Origin: Balanoglossus misakiensis
Taxonomy: Eukaryota > Animalia > Hemichordata
Reading direction: 5' to 3'
Assembly: GCA_040954595.2 (NCBI GenBank)
Contig: CM082591.2
Span: 5,735,009 to 5,799,008 of the forward strand
Length of the DNA: 64,000 nt
The position numbers were made by a program, and so were the translations under genes. The notes beneath the pieces were generated by a model. It ran no database searches. It saw only the letters and a program-made list of their open reading frames with translations, and was not told where the DNA came from. Below are positions 54,601 to 64,000 of the stretch, one piece after another (position 1 is the stretch's first letter; the number at the start of each line of letters is the position of its first letter).

Positions 54601-57293
54601 GTAATTAGGGCACAAGCCAAGCAGGCTTGTGCCCTATTGGTATTACTGGGGTTTTTCATCTTTTTTTTTTTTTTTTTCTTGTGTAGTTTTTTTGCTCAGG
54701 TAGATCTTGAAAACGGCTGAACCTACAAATCTCAAACTTGGCACAATGGTGCAGGTCTATGAGAGCTCGTGCAGTACCCTCGTGAATGTGTAATTAGTCA
54801 CATGACCTGATGACCATATATGGGCAAAGTTTTCAAATGGGCCTAATTTGCATATGAATGATGATATCAAAATTCTGTGCAATCATTTTGCGGACCATAT
54901 GGTCAGTGTCCTACATGCTAAATTTCAAGGCTCTGGGCCAAGTCAATTTTGAGAAGAAGATTTTTAAATATTATATTTCATATTTTTTGGACCCAGCCAT
55001 AGGCCTATACTTTCTATAGTTAAGCTATGATGCTATGTCCACATCTGTGCAATGGTCCTGTACTGTGACTCTCTATTGGCCCGTGAGCAGAATGGGACCA
55101 AAATAAAAGGCAAAATTTTGGGCTCACCTGTAACACCTGCTTAACTCATTAATTATGTGCATACCTAATTCTGGGCTAACTAATAGGGCTAGAGGTTTTG
55201 TGCTTGTGGGACATGGACCAGTAAAGGGTAAAAAAAAATTGCCCAAATGTTGGGTGACCTCAGGTGACCTTTGACCTACTTTCCTATATCTCGGCATCCA
55301 GAGCAGGTACAGACTTGGCGTTTGGAGGGTTGGGACTAAAATTTAAAAGCCAAAATTGAGGGTCACCTGTGACACCTGCTTATCTCATTAATTATGTGCA
55401 TACCTAATTCCAGGCCAACCAATAGGACTAGAGGTTTGGTTATTGCTGAACATGAACCAGTATGGGGTCAAAATTTCTTGCCCAAATTTTGGGTGACCTC
55501 AGGTGACCTTTGACCTACTTTACCATATCTCGGCATGCACAGCAGCTACAGCCTTGGCATTTGGAGGGATGGAACTCCTGATGGAGCCTTACACTTTACC
55601 TCATTAATTATGCACATACCTAATTGTAGGCGAACCAATAGGGCTAGAGATTTTGTTCTTGTGGGACACGGACCAGTATGGGGTCAAAATTTCTTGCCCA
55701 AATTTTGGGTGACCACTTATGACCTTTGACCTTCGGCTTAAGCTTGGGCCCGTCATCGCTGCTTGCAGCTATATTATATACCTGTTTCTTCTATATGTCT
55801 ATCAACACCTCTCTCACCATGTAATAACATGTAACATCATATTCTAATCCTTCCTTTATTCGCTCGTTGTATAGTATGGTTGCAAAGTGCCCGTGCGTTG
55901 GATGGCACCGGAATCATTGACAGACAGCGTGCATTCCTCCCGAAGTGACATGTAAGTTAATTGTTATATTTCAACTGCTATAACATGTAGTCCAATAGTT
56001 ATAGTTTTGCATATGTTAAAGTCGATTTTTTTCGTGATAGTTCATTGCTATTAATTTCAGTATATTGCTTGATTTTAACTATAGGTGGTCTTACGGGGTA
56101 TTCCTTTGGGAAACTGCAACCTTAGGTAATGTAACCTTCAAATCAAACGTTTGCTACACATTTTTAAATGGCACGAAATAAGCAATACATGGCCATAGTT
56201 AAAGGCGTTCTATTCATTTGCCTTACCTCACCAGGTAAAGCCAATGCTCCATACCTTGTCGCTACATTTACCTCTTGTCGGTCTGTTACTTGGACTGCCA
56301 AATCGACTTGGAACAATTCCAAATATTAGAATAATATTTTTTTGCTCATGACAAGTTTTTCACCACAAATATATTAAGGACTCATGAATATTAACCATAA
56401 GAATATGGTCATACCAAACGCACCAGGCTAGAGCAAACAGTTTCATTTATATCATCCTAACCTATAACTTTTCTATGCTGTTCTATTCAGGAGGTATGCC
56501 TTACGATGACATTGGTGTCGGCCAATTGGCTGACAGATTACAAAATGGCTACCGTCTGCAGATACCGCGGCGCTGCTGTGAAGGTTTCTACTGTTTAATG
56601 AGACGATGTTGGAAGATTGAGCCGACAGACCGAATCACGGCAGCCATGGCCGTTGATTCCTTGGTTATGTTCACAGATGATGAAAAGGTAGGTCTCCACG
56701 TTTCGTATGTTGTAGTATGTTTTAAGCAGGACTGTTGCATGACCAGAAAAAGTTCCGTCGAGACATCTCCCAATTATAAATTTATGATAAATACACTGGA
56801 AAAAACGAATAGATGGTGTACAACCCTCAAATTTCAGAACCAGTGTACTGTGAGATTAGGTGACAGTAAATTGAGATTATTTCTTGTGCAGTGATCACCG
56901 AACGCATGTCATTCCAATACCCGAATATAACGTTGTAAAGGTGTGTTGAGGTGCGGTAGTTCATAGCGTACGGTGCAATGATATAACGAGAGGAAGCGAT
57001 AGCTTGTTTTCAGTACAGTCACGTACTTTATTGGACACCAACACGTGTAGTGGATGAACATCACTGACCAAGTCTCCTTTGTGTTGAACACCCACAAGAA
57101 CGGAAAACCCCCACTAAGCTTACATAACACATACATGCATAATGAGACTATCATTTACATATCAAAGAAAGTGACCATCTGGGTAAAGTTCAGTTTACTC
57201 CAACAAGGTGCACGGTGTATATTTGTGAGTAAGCTAACATGGCGCTGTCTTCATTTTCCTCTCTTTCAGGGAATATTTGACGTCACAAAGTGA
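46011..57293 (+). CDS. Receptor tyrosine kinase (Cad96Ca/Ret/Tie-like kinase) with WxxW-cadherin-unknown-EGF-Ig-EGF-HYR ectodomain, about 1000 aa
   Basis: 22 phase-compatible exons: 46011-46268, 46430-46515, 46728-46831, 47178-47274, 47656-47757, 48329-48446, 48886-49073, 49669-49894, 50129-50257, 50882-51056, 51312-51433, 51747-51872, 52074-52313, 52484-52653, 52949-53084, 53794-53898, 54081-54238, 54434-54559, 55875-55951, 56085-56125, 56491-56687, 57270-57293. Kinase motifs [42 protein letters not shown]. The first (signal) exon is uncertain, candidate 45578-45690. The donor at 46832 (GTCGTG) is weak. Confidence 0.9.
46430..47757 (+). CDS. RTK exons: single cadherin-like repeat
   Basis: Four small exons translate to SLSVYE-N...[20 protein letters not shown]...[21 protein letters not shown]...[15 protein letters not shown], matching cadherin xE, LDxE-like and DxNDxxP-like motifs in divergent form. 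Confidence 0.72.
46577..46676. repeat. (TG)n microsatellite in RTK intron
   Basis: Direct reading. Confidence 0.97.
50129..52653 (+). CDS. RTK exons: EGF-laminin, Ig, EGF-laminin, HYR and transmembrane segment
   Basis: [40 protein letters not shown]; Ig (LTCHF...YEGTYRC); [16 protein letters not shown]...[12 protein letters not shown]; HYR ([14 protein letters not shown]...[28 protein letters not shown]); [28 protein letters not shown] followed by RKRK. Confidence 0.9.
50280..50787. mobile_element. TTAA-flanked MITE family C in RTK intron
   Basis: TTAA|AGGCACGTAAGCTG...CAGCTTACGTGCCT|TTAA. Confidence 0.85.
51454..51635. repeat. (GGT)n/(GAT)n trinucleotide microsatellite in RTK intron
   Basis: Direct reading. 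Confidence 0.97.
52949..56687 (+). CDS. RTK exons: protein tyrosine kinase catalytic domain
   Basis: Seven exons with intact VAVK-like Lys, alphaC Glu (YQHE), HRD, DFG, APE, SDMWSYG and CW...P..R motifs. Confidence 0.95.
53133..53487. mobile_element. MITE family B copy in RTK intron
   Basis: Full-length copy with both TIRs and TTAA TSD. Confidence 0.88.
54604..55776 (+). mobile_element. Helentron-associated non-autonomous element (HINE-like) with internal tandem repeats, in RTK intron
   Basis: 5' hairpin AGGGCACAAGCC-aagca-GGCTTGTGCCCT, subterminal inverted GCTTGGGCCC, 3' palindrome GCTGCTTGCAGC, about 2.5 internal units of 215-240 bp (55120-55730). Confidence 0.7.
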
Positions 57294-58437
57294 AGGATTC
57301 GTCTTCATTGACGAGAATGACAAGAAAGAAAATCGTGTACCATATAAAAACACATATGTAAACTTTAACACTAAAATTGCATCGACTTCTGGATATTCAA
57401 AGGAAAAAGACGCAAGAATGGGCAAATCGCCTGTACAAAGCCATAAGCCACCCCCCCCCTTCCCCAGCTTTTCAAATCAAAATTACTCATGAGTTGGGAG
57501 GTGCATGGGAACTAACGTTGCTTGTTCAGACTCTCACCTATGGCTCGGGCCCAAGATATTTTGATCATGAAATCGTAGCTGTAGTCAGTAGACATCACTA
57601 ATGAATATCAAATATTCAATTATTCAAAACTGCTTTCACAAAGAGTATAAATTTCGGCTTTTTCCAAAAATAAAAAAAAAGGTTTTGGAAAGAAATGTGA
57701 TAATAGCATGTTACGATGACTACAAGCATTGAAACCTGTGACATTGCGTCATTGAAATTGATTCGCTGGTTGCTTCCTTTCTTGTAAATAGGCAATGCAC
57801 TCTTTTCATAAGTCCAGCGCCTTCCTATCGAACGACCCGTCCCCCCAGGCGAAGGAACTGGCGGTCCCTTAAGATAAAGTTGCTTTGCCAATCTGATTCG
57901 TGACAACGCAGATCGCTCGTCACTGTGAACTGTCCGAAACAGGAAGTAGTACGGTGCCTTCCAGCATATTGTTATGTTAAGTGGGCATTCATGTTTCTGC
58001 TGGTTGTCTGCGTGTGAGAAGCGACCTATGCGAGAAGTCAACTCAAAGACTGAGAGCAATAAATGCATGCACACGTATACGAATGTATCGGTCGATTTGA
58101 TTGGTGGATTATATTTGAACTATCCTACACCACCTATTGTGTGCCGCCCACGGCCGAAGTCTGCGTTATGTATATATTATAGAAATGGCTCCAGGCAGTC
58201 ACTGTATCTAAATATAATACAATAGATTAATTATGAAGATAATACGTCATTATCAAAGCTGGCTCTGATGGATTTTTTTTCTTACGATTTTGCGGTTTCA
58301 CGAGAATACGGTCTGAAAGGTAAACGGGTTCCAAGAAATGATATGTGTAACGCGTTCGCGTGAAAGGCCATTGAACACTTCCACGGGGGTGCACCAATCT
58401 GTCAGACCTCTTAGCTAGGTTAAAAGTATCCATGCTA

Positions 58438-58983
58438 GTCTCTGTGTGGAGAATGTGTCCCTAGGTGACTTCATCACAGACCCTGGAGAAATAGGACAAA
58501 TGCCCGCGGCTTTTTCTTTGAAGTAGCGTCGAAGTTAATCCCCCTAATTTCTCCGGGTCTATGCTTCCATTCAGTCAAAAACACCGTGCTCTACTTGGGG
58601 TATATTTGTCTACTGCTTAGAGCGCCACCAGTGTTCATTTTGCGTTTGCTTCAATACTCATTCGAACATATACAGCCGAATTGCATTGAGAATGCAAACA
58701 GTTTTGATTTCAACATAATAGGATCTGATCGATATGACTTCAACAATAATAAGATTACATTCTACGTTTACTATGATGAGTGGCATATCGTAAGCGATGG
58801 TGAAGGAGAACCAGCCATTTCCACTTTCGATTTAGCTGTTCAAGGAAATGAAAGTCATTACAACCAGCGTAGCGCAGCCAGCGGTGGGAATGGGGCAGGG
58901 GACCAGACTACAGAAGATCTTTAAGGGGATTTCCCCACGGACGAAAGGCCACGTCAGCACAACAGACATAACTTCTGCATTCT
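58438..58983 (+). repeat. About 540-bp direct repeat, right copy, flanking RTK gene
   Basis: Aligns end to end with 44313-44854. Confidence 0.93.
58925..58959 (+). promoter_or_regulatory. NF-kB-like site plus ATF/CREB-like site upstream of small secreted protein gene
   Basis: GGGGATTTCCCC (58925-58936) and CCACGTCAGCA (58949-58959), 75-110 bp before the ATG at 59035. Confidence 0.55.
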
Positions 58984-59034
58984 CACATACATATCCCTAA
59001 ACACACACTTTGTGTTGTCGTTCTCGCCCAAATC

Positions 59035-60144
59035 ATGAGGTAGCATTTGGCGCTTATCGTCCTCCTTGTCATGGGTGCGTGTGCACACACAGTGCGTGCA
59101 GAGGCAGAGAGTGCCATCTATGACGTGTGGGGAACTTTCGTCAGGTGGGCAAAGGTATGACGTTTCATTTGCTTGTATATACCGCTTGCCATGTTTGTTG
59201 TAGCTAGAACTGTAAGTGAAACTTGCGATTAATATGTGTGTGGTCATTGTAATCGAAATGCTTCATAAATTACTATAATAGCTTACAAATTAAGACCATT
59301 GACATGGCTAAATGTTGTTGTTACTACGTTTTGCTTTATTTTCATGACTTTACAATCGTATGTATGTATGTATGTATGTATGTATGTATGTATGTATGTA
59401 TGTATGTATGTATGTATGTATGTATGTATGTATGTATGTATGTATGTATGTATGTATGTTTGTCTGTCTCTCTGTCATTACATCCCATGGGCTACATTGA
59501 ACCTGCAATAAATTCTTCTTACCCGTTCATTTTTGTCATTATCTCCCCATTTCCAAGGTCGTGGTAAATGTAAACGAATTCGTACAAGGATGCAGGGAAG
59601 GTTCTGAGTGTTACCGAAAACAATCATGGGAAGCTTGTCAGCCATTTGTTGTGCGAGTAAGTTTTAATTATTGTTAATCGAATGTTGCCAGCGATGTTAG
59701 AAAGTTTAATTGTTTAATCCTTGGCAGCAATGTACATATATTTGTTTTGTTTTTGAGTAATATGGCCTGGATCAGGCCGGATTTCCTATTCGTAACTACA
59801 CAGCAAGAAATTCGCTCCAGTGACAAGCCCTGAATTGAGGCTCTGACACATCCCTGTGGCACGCGTCCGAGTCAACAAAGACGGCGATTGGCTGTTACAA
59901 AGTCGTGATCACTGCTCTGTGTTCACGGTGCTGTGAAAACTTTGCTTGTGCGAATTAGGTGTCCATCAGGCCTGAGATACACCGCGTTTCTTTTTTGTCT
60001 ATGTACTTCTCAGAGAATTAGTCTGTTGTTTTGTTTTGCCTTTAGGTTGGAAGGAACGTTGCAGCTACTATTTATCCCGCTGTAGGGAAACCCGTGCAGA
60101 TAGCTTGGGATGTTGTTAATCTCGCCAGCAAACATCTCTTGTAA
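59035..60144 (+). pseudogene. Small secreted protein of unknown family (105 codons, 3 exons) with premature TAG at codon 3
   Basis: Exons 59035-59154, 59558-59656, 60046-60144, all phase 0 with GT-AG sites: MR*HLALIVLLVMGACAHTVRAEAESAIYDVWGTFVRWAK|VVVNVNEFVQGCREGSECYRKQSWEACQPFVVR|VGRNVAATIYPAVGKPVQIAWDVVNLASKHLL*. Signal-peptide pattern; AATAAA at 60493. Confidence 0.7.
59358..59459. repeat. (TATG)n microsatellite in intron 1 of small secreted protein gene
   Basis: Direct reading. Confidence 0.97.
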
Positions 60145-61264
60145 TAGTAGCTGTGCTGATTGTCACAGCTGTAATGAAGCGATACCATAAACAGCAGCAA
60201 GGGAGAAGAAATTAATGGATGTATAACTAATCGAGAGTGTACGTTAAAAGATGATGATGACTTAGCCAAAATCGTTACCATCAACAGTCACGACACGTGA
60301 CAATATTTTTGTTTGATTAATTTGTGTCGTTGATTAAGGATGTATGCGCAGAACATAAACCAGAAAACTGCGCACACTCATCTTATTCCCATAGGATTAC
60401 ATTGATAATTGCTAGAAAACATACTTCTACTATTGTCATTTTCACGAAATTTTACACAAAGCTCAATCCAGTATATATAAATTCATTGGTCAAATAAAAT
60501 CGTGTGGTCACCGTGCTCTATATTGAGATAAATTTCGTTAAAATATTTGCCCATAGACAAACCATTGGCGAAATATGCTGAGTCAGCAGTTTTCGACTAT
60601 ATTCATGGCTCTGTATTTTAGAAACAAGCGCGTTGACCCCTATATTTTATCACGGATTATACATACACAGGATAACCCAAAAATCAACAATTAAAAGAAA
60701 TGACAATAGTTTCAATTTTGACGAACGTACTGCATCCTTAACCCGGGTTTGTTTCTCACTTTTTAAGAAATGTGCACAGTGGACGGAAGTCGACTACATG
60801 TCATTTTTCATCTGTGTGTTATAAACAAACATCTGAGTACTTGTTCGTTGCGGATAATTGCACTGTAGTGTGTGCTTGCTTCCACTTTGCTTGATGACAA
60901 TTTATCCGAGACCAGGGCTTCACCAGTCCGTATATGCACAAGTCACTAGCACATAATATAAAAACCCGAGCACAGGTTAAACATTTCCGATTGAATATTT
61001 TAGGAACATTTCATTTTTGTGTATTTTTCTCTCTTTTTTGCCTTTCATCAATCGGAATCCGAAATTTTGACGAAATTGAACCAGCTGGAGAAAGCTGCAT
61101 TTTTCCGAAATCTGTCACAGGGGTGTTCATTTTATAGTTTGATGTATATCTAAACTTATATTTCAAAGCCTATTGTTCATATACACTTTAATAACATACT
61201 GTTTGTAGTATACGAGGACATGAAAATCATGTGGGGTGGTGCGGACATGTCCAGGTATCCCCTT

Positions 61265-61476
61265 GGATCTGGTTCACTTAGTGGACACCACTATACCCCT
61301 CGGCGATACCATTATTTTTTAGGGGGCGAGGGGTGGCAATGAGGGTGAGTTAGGGTTAGGAGGGTTAGGGGTGGCAATGTGCGGGTGAGTTTAACCCTAA
61401 CCCTCCTAACCCTAACCCTAAAAAATAACGGTATCGCCCAGGGGGTATAGTCGTGTCCGCTAAGTGAACCAGATCC
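61265..61476. mobile_element. MITE with 8-bp TSD and internal inverted telomeric repeats (Merlin/hAT-like)
   Basis: TSD ATCCCCTT at 61257-61264 and 61477-61484; about 46-bp TIRs GGATCTGGTTCACTTAG...; core (TTAGGG)n then (CCCTAA)n. Confidence 0.85.
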
Positions 61477-61820
61477 ATCCCCTTCCCACTGTTGGAATTT
61501 TGGATGGAGATCAACTATTTCTGTGAAATTGACTATCATATTTGGTTCAAGAGATAATAGCTTGGATAATTACGGATGGACAGCTTGCGAAAAGTATCCA
61601 GCTATATATTTTTTTCTACTTGTCTGGGAACTATAGGCATATAGATAGGTTACCAATACTATACATTTTATTGAAAACAAGAATAAAACTCAACAAAGTC
61701 TGTAAGCTTATTGGGTCTGCTTGTTTATTTTAGAGGCATGCGAGGTCTCCCTCGGCCCCGCTTATCGGGACTTGCTTGTGCGGTAGACAGTTTCCCTTGC
61801 GTCAAACGAGACGGTGATTC

Positions 61821-61977
61821 ATACAAGCGGGATGGAACTAACTTGAGTTGTGTGTAGTTGAACGTTCATTCACTATATAGATTCACTATATAGGCCTATG
61901 TATACATGTACATTAATAAACAGTGTCTTGTATCAAACATAATTAATGGAAAAAGGAGAAAGACTGTGTCCCTTTAA
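61821..61977. mobile_element. MITE family B, right arm only
   Basis: Matches 53350-53487, ending gtccct|ttaa. Confidence 0.7.
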
Positions 61978-62134
61978 ATTTACTTTTTTATTGTTTACAT
62001 TTCTTCAGTTGAATGTATGCCTTTTGTTTCCACGACATAAAGAAACGATTCGTTTGGCCCAGTGACGTTGGCGATGTAGGCCTCTGTGCTAAAAGAAGGA
62101 AAAAGCAATGATCATTACAGAGGGCGCACGCATT

Positions 62135-62246
62135 GTTTACCGGAAGTTGAAAATATGAAAGCGAGGCAGCATTTGTCGATGCTCTGCAAGAAGCGTGTGT
62201 TAGTGTGGTAACAGCTCAGAAATTCCATCCCATTTCGCGGAAGTGT
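62135..62246 (+). promoter_or_regulatory. Putative housekeeping/cell-cycle promoter (ETS and E2F sites)
   Basis: ACCGGAAGT near 62139 and overlapping TTTCGCGG/CGGAAGTG near 62233, just upstream of a 5'UTR exon donor. Confidence 0.45.
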
Positions 62247-62462
62247 GGACGGGTTTTGTGTATTAGAGTCCCATTCTGTATCATTTCCATAAAGGTAGGT
62301 CACCGTCGGATCGGTTTTACTGTCGTCGTTTCGCTAGAATGAGTCAGAATGCCTGCTTTTCGCCGGCTCGAAAATTATGCTATTTGCATTTTGAACAAAG
62401 TGTACACTAGCATGGGGGGGCCAAATAATTCTAAGCGTCGGTTGTTTTACTTCCAGGTCAAA

Positions 62463-63380
62463 ATGCCTCGCAAAAGGCAGTCTAGTAGTACACCGACTGG
62501 CGAGCGGCGACGAAGCGCCAGGATCGCGGCCAGCCCGCAGCAGGAACCCGCCGCCCCTGCCGCCGAATCGCCGTCTCGTTTGACGCGAGGGAAACTTCCT
62601 ACCGCACAAGCAGCAACTCCCGAAAAGCGGGGCCGTGGGAGACCTTCGGCTAGCCCGCCGTCGAAAGCGTCGCCAAGTCCAAGAGGTAGGGGGAGGGGCA
62701 GAGGTCGCGGGCGTGCAGCAAAGACAAAGGAGGTCACTCCGAGCCCGACACACTCAGACGAAGACAGCGAAACACAAGCAACTCCAGAAGCAGAGAGTAG
62801 CTCACCTCAGAAATCAGAAGACAGTCCGGGTAAGAGGAAGTCTCTGAAACGAAAGTCGGGCGAGGAGGTGTCCAGTGAAGAGCCCCCGACTAAGAAAGCC
62901 CCAAGCTCAGCCAAGAAAGCCAAGAGTGAAGACGTTGAAATGAAAGATGCTGCAACAGAAGAAAAAGAACCTTCAGGAACAACTCAGAAAGAACCCGTCG
63001 ACGAGGAAATGAAAGAGGAACAGAAGGCGACGGAGACCAAAGACGCAGAACCAGAAGACTTATCAGCTGAAACAACCGGGAAAAAGAAACAAAGTACTGA
63101 AGAAGAAGAGCCTGCTGAACCGGCGGCGGAACCTGTCGAAGCCAAGACGGCCACCAAGACTCCATCGAAGCCTGCTGTAGTGCCGGACACCGACAAGAGC
63201 CCGACGAAACCGGTCGTTGCACAAGAGGCTGCCAAAGAACCCTCAGACATCCCACCGACAGACAAACCAGCAGCTGAGACTACAGATCGTGCGCCGACAG
63301 AGGAGCCGACCGCTGCTGCGACAAACGCCAAAGCTGAAGACAAAAGTGCTGCAGCCAAGAATGATAGCGAGACACCGAAG
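62463..63380 (+). CDS. First coding exon of an AT-hook/RG-repeat, Glu/Lys/Pro/Ala-rich disordered, probably nuclear protein; continues beyond the window
   Basis: Acceptor ttccag at 62456, ATG 62463, 306 open codons, donor AAG|GTAAGG at 63381. Motifs KRGRGRPS (AT-hook), RGRGRGRGR and basic NLS-like clusters. Upstream non-coding exon donor at 62295. Confidence 0.82.
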
Positions 63381-64000
63381 GTAAGGAATACGGTGACAGG
63401 TTTATGGCAAGTGCCTCACAGTGGAATAAACTCAGACCCGGTTTTTCCATTGTCTGAGCACGACATAAATTTGTAAAATGTGATATTGACTTTGCTGTCA
63501 CATCTAATCAGTGTTTCATCCTGGATGGCATCAACAGGGGGAATATGTCCCCCTTTGCCAGAATATTTGGGGGGATTCCACTCTGGCAAGGGGGAATGTA
63601 CATCTTATATCTCCAACATGTGAATGACATCATTTTTAAGGGCCACTGGTCCCCCTTAACAAATTACTAAGGGGTGCCAATATGTCAACAGGGGGTGAAT
63701 CCCCCATCCCCCTGTCTAGATGAAACACTGTAATGATGGTCAAGTTTCCATTACTAATTCTGTGTACTGTAGGCAAGTTTTTGTGACAGAGAACAAAGTA
63801 TACATGTACAGGGGTGTGTACTACAAATAAAAAAAACAACAACATGATTGATATTTCCATGCCCTGACTGATGTGAATGGACTATGGGTATCAACAGTGT
63901 GTAGGGTTGCAGGCCACCTGGATTTCTGACCTCACCTGACCCCACACCCTGGTCAACTCAACCATTGATGTAAAAGAATATTTTCATTCAAAGCCATCAT

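Noticed and set aside
58586-58924. 112-aa ORF in the 540-bp repeat
   Set aside because: Non-ATG start; the paralogous copy has stops and an indel; no motif.
44313-58983. LTR retrotransposon interpretation of the flanking direct repeats
   Set aside because: No clear paired TG...CA termini, PBS, PPT, TSD or gag/pol; the interior is an intron-containing host gene.
61350-61421. Ancient telomere-telomere fusion site
   Set aside because: The repeats are enclosed by TIRs and an 8-bp TSD, so they belong to a transposon.
1-64000. CRISPR arrays, rRNA, tRNA or prokaryotic operons
   Set aside because: None seen; the sequence is spliceosomal-intron animal DNA.

Overview
Eukaryotic, intron-rich animal genomic DNA. 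It is probably from a marine invertebrate deuterostome such as a hemichordate; this is an inference from domain content and repeat landscape only. Bases 1-23 kb are gene-poor and transposon-rich. By manual splice-site and phase reconstruction I find six genes: (1) an intronless-CDS RASSF10/9-like gene (+, 23895-25115); (2) a chimeric type II membrane lectin-like gene (-, 35028-32140: signal anchor, hevein-like Cys-rich module, F-type-lectin/F5-8C-like domain) built on a recent partial duplication of (3); (3) a secreted two-domain F-type-lectin-like gene (-, 41426-38181); (4) a 22-exon receptor tyrosine kinase with an unusual ectodomain (WxxW, cadherin, unknown region, EGF-Lam, Ig, EGF-Lam, HYR; +, 46011-57293); (5) a 3-exon small secreted protein invisible to the ORF track (+, 59035-60144, TAG at codon 3) behind an NF-kB-like/ATF promoter that is duplicated on the far side of the kinase gene; (6) the first coding exon of an AT-hook/RG, acidic disordered protein (+, 62463-63380). 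Genes 2-5 look like a recently rearranged, putatively NF-kB-linked innate-immune cluster. Several of them carry single-base disruptions, which could be decay or assembly error. Many TTAA-flanked (Kolobok-like) MITEs, Helentron-like elements, a telomere-repeat MITE and microsatellites are present.
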